The position numbers and the translations under genes are program-made. Of a DNA stretch of 64,000 nt, positions 1 to 8,545 are shown piece after piece; the stretch's first letter is position 1, and each line of letters opens with the position of its first letter. The stretch spans positions 224,001 to 288,000 of the forward strand of contig CAXXFL010000001.1 of assembly GCA_963674965.2 (NCBI GenBank), written 5' to 3'. Below the pieces are notes generated by a model, which saw only the letters and a list, made by a program, of their open reading frames with translations, ran no database searches and had not been told where the DNA came from. The stretch comes from a bacterium. GTDB lineage: Bacteria; RBG-13-61-14; DATKZS01.

Positions 1-2
1 GG

Positions 3-581
3 CTGGTCATTAGAGCCCCTTTCAGCCTGCTTCAATTAGCGTTGGGAAATCCTGAGGAATACTGGTGGGGCCTGAACGCAATATTTACATCCATACACTA
101 CGTCGTAAATATTTTCCTTTTCTTCTTTCTTGTTCTCTACGTGATAAAGGGAGAAGGCATTGTCAATACTTTCAGGATAACGGCCCGCTTTTTCAACGCC
201 CATTTTTTCAAGACCATCCGATTTACGCTGTTCCTGGCCGTGAAGTTTTTGCCGGCGGCCTTTCTGGTCCTGATCTACGCGTTGTGGCTTCGCGATATTG
301 CGCCTACTTTGGTTCATATAGGGGAAGACATAAACAGCGCCTTTACGGTTTCACTTGTGGAAGTCCTTCGTTGGCCGTACATTTTTATCGCTTTTCGAAG
401 CGGATGGATTATCCTTCTCCCCATAGGCGCCGCCGCTTTCCTGTGGCTAAACCTCGTTTTCATTATCTTTATAAAACGGCTTGACGAGGCGGACCTCGCG
501 GAAGCCGCGGAGTCGGAACCTCTTCCCGAGACCGGGGCAAAGCCGGACGGCCGGGTCCTAGTGAACAATCCTGGAGTCTAG
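3..581 (+). CDS. Polytopic membrane protein, 5'-partial; paralog of the 658-1875 gene
   Basis: Frame is open from the window edge (LVIRAPFSLLQLALGNPEEYWWG...) and aligns without gaps to the C-terminal half of the next ORF. Confidence 0.85.
   Translation: MVIRAPFSLLQLALGNPEEYWWGLNAIFTSIHYVVNIFLFFFLVLYVIKGEGIVNTFRITARFFNAHFFKTIRFTLFLAVKFLPAAFLVLIYALWLRDIAPTLVHIGEDINSAFTVSLVEVLRWPYIFIAFRSGWIILLPIGAAAFLWLNLVFIIFIKRLDEADLAEAAESEPLPETGAKPDGRVLVNNPGV
13..560 (+). repeat. Copy 1 of an imperfect ~550 bp direct repeat
   Basis: Matches 1304-1851 at a constant 1291 nt offset; 241-311 is identical to 1532-1602. Confidence 0.95.
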
Positions 582-657
582 CGATGCTTCTTCCGGCGAG
601 AGTATGGAAAGGGCCTCTTGAATGATAGATATTTTGAAGACGGCATAAAGAAGAAAT

Positions 658-1875
658 ATGATTGATGGTGCAAGTCAGAGGAGTCGCCCTATGACCTCGA
701 TTGAAATAACCAAGACGCCAAGGCCCGGGATCGGGCCCTTCAGGGAAGGCGCGGGAAAGGCCCTGTTTTACTGGTCGTGGTTTGCCTTCTACGCCGAGCA
801 AGTTCATTTAGCGGTGTTTTTCGGCCCTACCACCGGGGAAGATAAATTTTGGGAGAGTCCTTATTTCATTCTTGAGATATTTCTGGCCGGGGCGGTCCTG
901 TTTTCGGTTATGGGAGGGCTGGCAAAATACGGCGTTGCCAGGCGGGCCGCGAAAAAGCCCGAGCCGGCGGTGCTCTTCAGCGAGGTCTACTCTCAGTCGT
1001 TCTCCTTTATTAAAGGCCACTGGAAAAGCCTGGCTTTCATTGTTCTTCCCCTAATGATAGCGTCCATATTGCCGATGCTTCCACTATTGTTGTTAATTAA
1101 CTTTGGAGAGGCGTCCTTTGGTTACGTTAAATATCTATATCCGATTTCCATCATTGCAACTTTTTTAATCATTCCCGTATGCCAGTGGGCGCTTCCGGTT
1201 TATTATCACCGGGTCTTCGAGTCCCTAGAGATAAGCGCTTTTACAATAATTAAAAAGTCCCTGGTTTTAGTAATCCTCTTCTTTATCGTCGGGACGGTCC
1301 TGCACGCTCCCTTAAGCCTTCTTCAATTGGCGCTGGGAGACCTGGAAGAATACTGGTGGGGTCTCAACGCTTTCATCACCGTAATAGACTACGTTATAAA
1401 TATTTTCCTGTTCTTCTTTCTTGTTCTCTACGTGCTGAAGGGAGAGGGCATTGTCAATACCTTCAGGATATCGGCCCGCTTTTTCAACGCCCATTTTTTC
1501 AAGGCCATCCGATTTGCGATGTTCCTGGTCCTGAAGTTTTTGCCGGCGGCCTTTCTGGTCCTGATCTACGCGTTGTGGCTTCGCGATATTGCGCCTACTT
1601 TGTTTCATATAGGCGAAGATATAAACAGCGCCTTTACGGTTTCACTTGTGGAAGTCCTTACCTGGCCCAACTACGTTATGCGCTATCATGGTGGACGGCA
1701 CGCCCTTCTTCCCATAGGCGCCGCCGCTTCCCTGTGGTTGAGCCTCGTTTTCATAATCTTTATCAAACGTCTTGACGAGGCGGACCTCGCGGAAGCCGCG
1801 GAGTTGGGACCTCTTCCCGAGACCGGGGCAAAGCCGGACGGCCGCGTCCTGTTCGAAACCCCCGGCGCCTCGTGA
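658..1875 (+). CDS. Hypothetical polytopic membrane protein
   Basis: 405 aa with many hydrophobic segments and a charged C-terminal tail; start uncertain (658 or 691). Confidence 0.8.
   Translation: MIDGASQRSRPMTSIEITKTPRPGIGPFREGAGKALFYWSWFAFYAEQVHLAVFFGPTTGEDKFWESPYFILEIFLAGAVLFSVMGGLAKYGVARRAAKKPEPAVLFSEVYSQSFSFIKGHWKSLAFIVLPLMIASILPMLPLLLLINFGEASFGYVKYLYPISIIATFLIIPVCQWALPVYYHRVFESLEISAFTIIKKSLVLVILFFIVGTVLHAPLSLLQLALGDLEEYWWGLNAFITVIDYVINIFLFFFLVLYVLKGEGIVNTFRISARFFNAHFFKAIRFAMFLVLKFLPAAFLVLIYALWLRDIAPTLFHIGEDINSAFTVSLVEVLTWPNYVMRYHGGRHALLPIGAAASLWLSLVFIIFIKRLDEADLAEAAELGPLPETGAKPDGRVLFETPGAS
1304..1851 (+). repeat. Copy 2 of the imperfect direct repeat
   Basis: Colinear with 13-560. 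Confidence 0.95.
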
Positions 1876-2019
1876 GATTCGGCGGCGGTTTTTTCCAATG
1901 CTTGCCTCTTGCCGTTTTTCGGGAGCGGCGCTCGCCCATTTTTGTTTTTAGGGTTTTTAGCGGGGCATATCTCGCGATAGAGGCGCCTTGAGCTAAGGGC
2001 TTCCAAAAAGTTGAAGCGC

Positions 2020-3630
2020 CTACTTTCTTTTATAAAAAGTAAAATCCTCGATCGCGGCTTCCTTAGAGTAGTTCCGGCTTAGCCAGTCATGAAACTCGGC
2101 GAACTCGAGGGCCTGGGCCGAACTCGGCTCGGGCTCGATGGCGTTAACGTCATCATCCACCATGACCACGTAAAGGGGCGGCTTGTCCCTCAGCTGCTTA
2201 AGAAACTGGCGCCTGAAACGGTCGCGAACGCCGGCGGCCTTTTCCGAGCGGGGCGTAAAGGTCAATGGGTAATCGATTTGAAACCGCGTCGGCGCGGGCC
2301 TGGCCGCCAGGTAATTGACCAGCGGCTCGTAGCCGAAGACCAGCGCCCGCGATCCCTGGGGGGAGTGATTGCGAAGGTAATCCGCGGCGGCGGCTGAGGC
2401 GAAAAGATTGAAGTCGCCTTTTCCTTTTGCGTCCGCTTCCGAGAAACGGGCGTAATACTGGGCAAGCCCGATTTTTCCCCTCAGGTAATCGAAGGTCAAA
2501 TAGCTGTCGTGGATAAGGAGGAAGCCCCTTGCGTAGGTTAGGGAAAGCCAAGTCAGAATTACGGCGGACATGACGAAAGCCGCTCGCCGGCCCGCCCTCG
2601 TCCCGGTCTTGTCATGCAAACGGGCAAGGCCCATGGCGGCGGCCAGCCCCATAAAAGGAACGACCGTAAGCCAGTGATAGAGAAAAAACCTCGCCTGGAT
2701 CACCACGCCCAGAACGCTCACTAAAAGAAAGCTAAAGACAAAGGCCCTTGGTTTCGACTCATTCCCGTTCTCAGCGGGAAGAAGGCCCGCGAGGACCAGG
2801 ACCGGCGTTAGAAAGAACACGTTCTTCAGGCCCCGGCCGAAAAGACTCGCCGAGTGTCCGCCCGTCTCGGAAAGCGCGGACCTTAAATGGACCGAGTTGA
2901 ACTCGAAGAGAAGCTCGTAAAAGGAACCGAGCGCGCCTCGCTCCCAAAGATAAACGATCCACGGCGCGGTCCCCAGGAGAAGTCCGAGCGAGAAAACGGC
3001 GGTCGCCTTGGTCCAGCCTTTGACTCGGCTTTCATTCGCCTGGCTGGGACCGGGCGAATGATTCCACTCGAGCCAAAAAGGCAGGGCGGCCCCGAAGACG
3101 GCGGCGGTCGGCTTGAGCATGATGGCCAGTCCCAGGAAAAGGCCCGACAGAAAGGACCGCGATCGCGGCGCCCTCCCCCCTTTTATGGATGCCATCCAGG
3201 CCGCGCCCGCAATGAGGGGCAGGGCGAAGGTCTCCGCCTGGGCGTTCCACCAGCAGGAGTTGAACACGCCGAAAAGAGGCAGGGCCGTGAAGAAGGCGGC
3301 CAGGAAAGCGTCCCGCTCCCTGGGAAAAAGGCTTTTGCCGATCAAGTAGGCCAGCACTACCGTAACCGTTCGGGCCATGGCGTCGGCCAGGTTGGGCCCC
3401 CACATGGCTCCGCCCGAGAACTTCAGGGAAACAGCGTAAATGAAATAAAGAAGCGGTCCCTTGTGCCCGAAGAAGCTCAAATAGGGAACGTCGCCGGCCA
3501 TCCACCTCCATCCGTTATAAGCGTAGATGCCCTGGTCCCGCGTAAAAGGTATAGGCAATATGGTCAAGGAGGCCAAACCGAAGCCGGCCAAAAGAAGTCC
3601 AATGGGAAGCCGCCGCGCGCCGGGTTTCAT
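2020..3630 (-). CDS. ArnT/PMT-like (GT-C fold) membrane glycosyltransferase
   Basis: RDQGIY loop after TM1, G.VPY...HKGPL motif, AQAETF, many TM helices and a soluble C-terminal domain. Confidence 0.8.
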   Translation of the reverse strand: MKPGARRLPIGLLLAGFGLASLTILPIPFTRDQGIYAYNGWRWMAGDVPYLSFFGHKGPLLYFIYAVSLKFSGGAMWGPNLADAMARTVTVVLAYLIGKSLFPRERDAFLAAFFTALPLFGVFNSCWWNAQAETFALPLIAGAAWMASIKGGRAPRSRSFLSGLFLGLAIMLKPTAAVFGAALPFWLEWNHSPGPSQANESRVKGWTKATAVFSLGLLLGTAPWIVYLWERGALGSFYELLFEFNSVHLRSALSETGGHSASLFGRGLKNVFFLTPVLVLAGLLPAENGNESKPRAFVFSFLLVSVLGVVIQARFFLYHWLTVVPFMGLAAAMGLARLHDKTGTRAGRRAAFVMSAVILTWLSLTYARGFLLIHDSYLTFDYLRGKIGLAQYYARFSEADAKGKGDFNLFASAAAADYLRNHSPQGSRALVFGYEPLVNYLAARPAPTRFQIDYPLTFTPRSEKAAGVRDRFRRQFLKQLRDKPPLYVVMVDDDVNAIEPEPSSAQALEFAEFHDWLSRNYSKEAAIEDFTFYKRK

Positions 3631-4682
3631 GGACTTTCATCCTTGGGGGGAGCGGGCAGGAAAACGTTTTTAATCTTATCTTTAACGCTCTCCTTTTGCA
3701 GCTTGACAAGGGTATCGAGATCGACGGGCCGAAGGTCCATGCCGAGCCACTTGGAAAGGGAAGAGTCCGCGGCAATCCCGCCATCCAGGATTTTCCTTCT
3801 CGCGGCCAGGTCTTTTTTAAGTCCCTTAAAAAAGTCCACGCGGGCGCGGACGGCCTGGGAGCCGTTTCCCTCCTTCACGGCCAGTACAAAGCCGGCCATG
3901 TCGTAAAGCGCGATAATATGGAGCCTCCTCATGATGCAGTGGAGTGGCCAGTTACGGACGATGGTCCTTAGCCTGTTCCGTTGGAGGAAGTATCTTTTCT
4001 CGACGCCGACCTTGTCCGACGTATAGGAATGCTTGTGGACGACCCGGGCCTTGTTGGCCAGAACGCATTTCCATCCTTTCCATCTGGCGCGGAAGGCGAG
4101 GTCCACGTCCTCGTAATAGCAGAAGAAGTCCTCCTCCATGAACCCCACGTCGCCGATCATGGCCCGGTTATACACGGCGGCCGATCCGGCCGGGCCGAAG
4201 ACCACGAACAGTTTGTCCCCCGGCCGCGCCTCCTTGTCGGGAAGTCCCCGCCCGACCAGGAGAGCCAGCCCGGAGGGATCGACCTTGATCCCCATCGAGT
4301 CGATAACCCCGGTGGGACCCGCCGCCAACACGCGGCTGGCAATGGAACCGGCCCAGGGGCAAAGCCTGATGGCGCTCAGGATTTCAGCCACCCAGTCCTT
4401 TTCGACCAGGGCGTCGGAATTTATGAGGGCCACCCATTCCCCGGTGCTTTCCTTCAAGCCGGCGTTGACCGCTCCCGCGAAGCCGACGTTTTTATCCAGC
4501 CGTACCACCCTGACGTTGGGGTAGTTTTTCTCGACGTAATCCTGGGACCCGTCGGACGAGCAATCGTCGACCACTATGATCTCGTCGGGCCGGAGGGTTT
4601 GCGCCTCGAGCGCGTCCAGGCAGGCCCCGATAATATCTCGCCCGTCCCGATTGGGAATGATAACGGATATCAGCGCGCCCAT
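3627..4682 (-). CDS. Glycosyltransferase family 2 (WbbL/rhamnosyltransferase-like)
   Basis: ISVIIPN, VVDDCSSDGS, NVGFAGAVN, NSDA, YYEDVDLAFR; start reset to the ATG at 4682. Confidence 0.9.
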   Translation of the reverse strand: MGALISVIIPNRDGRDIIGACLDALEAQTLRPDEIIVVDDCSSDGSQDYVEKNYPNVRVVRLDKNVGFAGAVNAGLKESTGEWVALINSDALVEKDWVAEILSAIRLCPWAGSIASRVLAAGPTGVIDSMGIKVDPSGLALLVGRGLPDKEARPGDKLFVVFGPAGSAAVYNRAMIGDVGFMEEDFFCYYEDVDLAFRARWKGWKCVLANKARVVHKHSYTSDKVGVEKRYFLQRNRLRTIVRNWPLHCIMRRLHIIALYDMAGFVLAVKEGNGSQAVRARVDFFKGLKKDLAARRKILDGGIAADSSLSKWLGMDLRPVDLDTLVKLQKESVKDKIKNVFLPAPPKDESP

Positions 4683-5668
4683 GGCCTGGCTCCCACGATC
4701 ATCAGCCGCTCCACCTCTCGGTCCGTTTCCGCCCGGCCCGAGGCTCGAGCGGCGCCGTAAAAATCGCGGTCCTTGCGGACCAGGCCAAGTCCCTCGCCAA
4801 GTCCCTTCATGAAAGCCGCGCCCTGGCCGGAGCGAAAAAGGTGGTAAGCCGCTCCCCTGGCAAGTCCCTTCAGCAGGAAGGGTGACCACCTTTTTATTCT
4901 TTCCCCCGGCCAGTTGCGGGACACGAGCCGGACCCGGTTGGCCGCGATGCGCCTGACCCGCAGGGCCGAGTCGACCGGCTTGGGACCGGGCTTGTCGGAA
5001 AGCTCGGTCGCGGCCCCCACGTGGTAAACGACGGCGCCGGGAAGAAAGAGGCACTTATGGCCCAGGGCCCGGGCGCGCAGACCCAGGTCCACGTCCTCGA
5101 GGTAGGCGAAGAAGCTTTCCTCGAAGTCCCCGACCTCCTCGAAAAGGGAGGAGCGGAAAAAACAGGCCCCGCCGCAGGGGCTGATGACCTCGGCGGTCTC
5201 GGCAAACCCCGAGGCCCGCCGGCCTCGGCCGCGGGAGGCCGGACGGCCGTCCGGCGGATATAGGTCGCCGGCCGAGTCCACAAGGTCCCGCTCGAAATAA
5301 TCCAGCATCAAACAGGCGAACATGGATACCGACGGATACCGGGCAAGCGCGTCCCTGCCGCTCTCGAGCCAGCGAGGATCGGCCGACGCGTCGTTGTTAA
5401 GAAGCGCCACCGCCGAGCCGGGACCCCACTTCTCGAGGGCCAGGCCGATCCCGCGATTGGCCGCGAAGGCGAAGCCCAGGTTCGTCTCGAGCTCGATCAG
5501 ATCGGGCCGGACGCGATGGGAACGCGCCAGGCGGACCGAGCCGTCGGAGCTTCCATTGTCCACCACCACCACGGCGTCGGGGCGCGAGGTCTGCCTAGAC
5601 AGGGAATCCAGGCAAACCCCGAGATACTTCTCGCCGTTGAAGTTCGGTATGATCACGGTCAGGCGCAA
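4670..5668 (-). CDS. Glycosyltransferase family 2
   Basis: TVIIPNFNG, VVDNGSSDGS, NLGFAFAANRG, LNND, YLEDVDLGLR; TTG start at 5668 after GGAG. Confidence 0.9.
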   Translation of the reverse strand: MRLTVIIPNFNGEKYLGVCLDSLSRQTSRPDAVVVVDNGSSDGSVRLARSHRVRPDLIELETNLGFAFAANRGIGLALEKWGPGSAVALLNNDASADPRWLESGRDALARYPSVSMFACLMLDYFERDLVDSAGDLYPPDGRPASRGRGRRASGFAETAEVISPCGGACFFRSSLFEEVGDFEESFFAYLEDVDLGLRARALGHKCLFLPGAVVYHVGAATELSDKPGPKPVDSALRVRRIAANRVRLVSRNWPGERIKRWSPFLLKGLARGAAYHLFRSGQGAAFMKGLGEGLGLVRKDRDFYGAARASGRAETDREVERLMIVGARPWAR

Positions 5669-5769
5669 ATTCTCTCCCGCTTCCAATAATAAGACAACAA
5701 ATGTAGCACGCCGTTCGGCGGCCCTCAAAAGAGGTTTGCCGGACTCGAACGACCGGTTATAATTAGCTC

Positions 5770-8523
5770 GTGTCTTTATCAAGCGAGAGCGGCGGCGCGA
5801 AGAGGATTGACGTTTTCTATCTCGTCTTTCTGGCCGCCCTCGTTTGGGCGCCCTTTATCGTCAGGATTTGCCAGGGCCTTTCGTCCCTTTCCCCGCCGCT
5901 CACCCACGACGTGGGCTTCCAATGGATACCGTTCAAGACCTTCGCGCGGGAATGCTTTTCCGCGGGGTATTTCCCGCTCTGGTGTCCTCGCGTTTTCGCG
6001 GGCATGCCCTTTGCCGCTTTTTCCCATACCGGAGTTTTTTATCCGCCGGGCCTGGTCCTTCTCGCCGGCGACTACGCCCGGGCCGTGAACTATTTTTATC
6101 CGGCCCATTTATGCGTCGCGGCGTTCGGAGTTTACGCTCTTTGCCGCCGCTCGGGCGCCTCTCCGGCCGGTTCGTTTTTCGGGGCGCTCTCGTACGCCTT
6201 CACGGGCAAGCCTTTTTATTTCATCCATTTTCTTCCCGCCGCCTGCTCGAACGTCTGGGCGCCCTGGCTTATCTGGTCCGCGGTGGGATTTCTCCGCCAT
6301 GGCCGGAGGACGGACTTTTTCTTGAGCGGATTGTTTTTTTGCCTCCAGGTCCTGGGCGGCGACGTGGAAAGCACCGCCTACGGGCTGGCGTTCACCGCCC
6401 TTGTCCTGCCCGCTCTCGCGCCGCGGGAAAAGCTTTTCTCCGCGAGGACCCCGGCGCTGGCCCTGGCCCTTGGCCTGGGCGCCCTGCTTTGCATGGTTCA
6501 ACTGCTTCCCCTGCTCGAGTACTCGGAGCATTTCATTCGCGACCAGGGCGTGACCTTTTCCTACTTCAGCGCCCGCAAGCTTCCCCTGACCCTGGCGTGG
6601 GGCGCCCTGATGCCGGTCTCGGGCGTGAAGGACGCCGGACCGGCGGCTTTCGACGCGGCGTATTTTTACGTGGGCGTGGCCGCTCTTGTCATGGCCGTCT
6701 CGGCCGTCCTCGGGAGATCCAGGCCCGGCCTTGGCTGGATCGCTCTGGTGGCCGCCTCGGCCTTCGCCTGGAGCTTCGGGAGCTTTTCCATTTTGGACCG
6801 GCTCCAGTTTCTGCTGCCCGTGCTGGGCAAGTTCGGATCGCCCGAGCAGGCGTTCTTCATGGCCCAGACGCTGGTGGCCCTTCTGGCGGCCATCGGCTTC
6901 TCGGACGCGCTTTCCACCGAGGCGCGGCCAAGGGCATTGAAGGCGGCCCTGGTGGCGCTTGTCCTGGCCGTACTGGCCATTTCCCTGGGGTCCTCCCGCT
7001 TCCAGTTCGTTTATTCTCCCTTGATCTCGGTCTCTATCCTCTCGCTATGCCTTCTTATGGTTATCGTCACGCGGATGAAAAGACCTTCCGCCGCGGGCAA
7101 GGTACTGGCGTTCTCCCTACTGGCTTTCGCCTTTTGGGACGTTTACGCCCAGGCCTTTTTCCGGCTTCCCAAAAGCGATCCCGCAACGTTCGAGTACGGC
7201 GATGGTTTAAAGGCGATCATGAAGGAGGTCGCCCCGTCCAACCAGAGACACGTGATGGTCTCGAGGCGAGGACTGCGCGACGGGGAGCTTTTATTCCACG
7301 CGGGCATGGCCATGGGGACGGACTCGCTGGACGGATGGATCACCGTTCCTCCCCGGGACTTCGCCGAGTTCGCGGCGCTGGCCGACCCGAGAGCGGCAAG
7401 GTTCAAGGACGGCAAGCTCGACCACCTGGGTCTCAACGTGGACATGAGGGACGGCGGCTTTATCGACGCGTCCTCCATGCCGCTCCTGGACCTGTTGTCA
7501 CTGAGATACGTTATCGACAGGGCCATGCCCCTCAAGTTCAGCTCTCCCTTTTTCCTGTCCCTGCTTCAACCCGAGCTGCACCGGCGAACATGGCCAAAGG
7601 GACAAAGGGAATCCTCGCCGCCATGGAAACGAGACGCGGAGGACCCGCTGGGGGAGGGTTTCTTTTCCTCAAGCGACGAGACCAGGAAGTACCGGCTGTT
7701 CATCAATGAAGGAGACCGACTCGTCCTCGCGCCGCCCTCGGCCGCTGGCCGTATCGATGAAGAAAGAAAAGCCTGGTTTACCGCGTCCGTTCACGGCGGC
7801 GCGACGGATGAGACCCTCTTTTCCAAGCCCATCGAGTCCGCAAAGCTAGCCGCCGGGCAAGAGAAGTTTCAGGTCGGACTCGGTCGTTATATAAACAGTA
7901 CGGTCCTTTTGACCCTCGAGACCAAGACGGACCCCGGGTCCCGGACCTTCGCCGCGGCGGCCCCAACATCTTACATAGTGAACAAGTCAAAGCCTTTTCA
8001 GCTAATAGACAAGCGCGGCAAGGACCTTCTCGTTTACGAGAACCGGGAGGCCCTTCCCCGCGCTTTCCTGGTCGGCGCGTCCGAGGTTATCGAGGATAAG
8101 GCAAAGAGGCTTTCCCGGCTGAGCCGGATGAGCCGTTACGAGTTCACGCAAAGACTGGTGCTCGAGTGGGAAGGCCCTCCCGCCTCGCATGAGCGTCCAT
8201 CAGGGTCCAATAAGGACGAGGTAAGGCTCGAGTCGAGTTCCAGCCAGGGGCGCCTCTATTCGGTTTCCTCATCCAAGAACGGATACCTGTTTTTATCGGA
8301 CCAGTACTACCCGGGATGGAAGGCGACGGTCAAGGGAAAGCCCCGGCCCATCCTCAAGGCCAACCACTGTTTCCGAGCCGTAAAGGTGGACGAGGGAAGA
8401 AGCGCCGTGGAAATATCCTTCCAGCCCGCCTCCTTTCGCGTCGGCCTTTATACGACTTTGACCGGCGCCTTGTGCCTCGCCGTTGCCGCTGGTTTTGGAC
8501 TTCTCAGGCCAGGGAAAAAATAG
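5770..8523 (+). CDS. YfhO-family membrane protein (GT-C-like)
   Basis: FPLWCP..FAGMPF, FYP, YENREALPRAF, LSDQYYPGWKATV motifs. Confidence 0.85.
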   Translation: MSLSSESGGAKRIDVFYLVFLAALVWAPFIVRICQGLSSLSPPLTHDVGFQWIPFKTFARECFSAGYFPLWCPRVFAGMPFAAFSHTGVFYPPGLVLLAGDYARAVNYFYPAHLCVAAFGVYALCRRSGASPAGSFFGALSYAFTGKPFYFIHFLPAACSNVWAPWLIWSAVGFLRHGRRTDFFLSGLFFCLQVLGGDVESTAYGLAFTALVLPALAPREKLFSARTPALALALGLGALLCMVQLLPLLEYSEHFIRDQGVTFSYFSARKLPLTLAWGALMPVSGVKDAGPAAFDAAYFYVGVAALVMAVSAVLGRSRPGLGWIALVAASAFAWSFGSFSILDRLQFLLPVLGKFGSPEQAFFMAQTLVALLAAIGFSDALSTEARPRALKAALVALVLAVLAISLGSSRFQFVYSPLISVSILSLCLLMVIVTRMKRPSAAGKVLAFSLLAFAFWDVYAQAFFRLPKSDPATFEYGDGLKAIMKEVAPSNQRHVMVSRRGLRDGELLFHAGMAMGTDSLDGWITVPPRDFAEFAALADPRAARFKDGKLDHLGLNVDMRDGGFIDASSMPLLDLLSLRYVIDRAMPLKFSSPFFLSLLQPELHRRTWPKGQRESSPPWKRDAEDPLGEGFFSSSDETRKYRLFINEGDRLVLAPPSAAGRIDEERKAWFTASVHGGATDETLFSKPIESAKLAAGQEKFQVGLGRYINSTVLLTLETKTDPGSRTFAAAAPTSYIVNKSKPFQLIDKRGKDLLVYENREALPRAFLVGASEVIEDKAKRLSRLSRMSRYEFTQRLVLEWEGPPASHERPSGSNKDEVRLESSSSQGRLYSVSSSKNGYLFLSDQYYPGWKATVKGKPRPILKANHCFRAVKVDEGRSAVEISFQPASFRVGLYTTLTGALCLAVAAGFGLLRPGKK

Positions 8524-8545
8524 ATCGGCCAATTTGCGTTTTGGC

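Noticed and set aside
13-1851. Diversity-generating retroelement TR/VR pair
   Set aside because: Mismatches are not confined to adenines, both copies are coding, and no reverse transcriptase is in the window.
5844-7709. 621 aa overlapping ORF and similar long alternate-frame ORFs
   Set aside because: Arg/Gly/Pro-rich shadow frames of GC-rich genes with no recognisable motifs.
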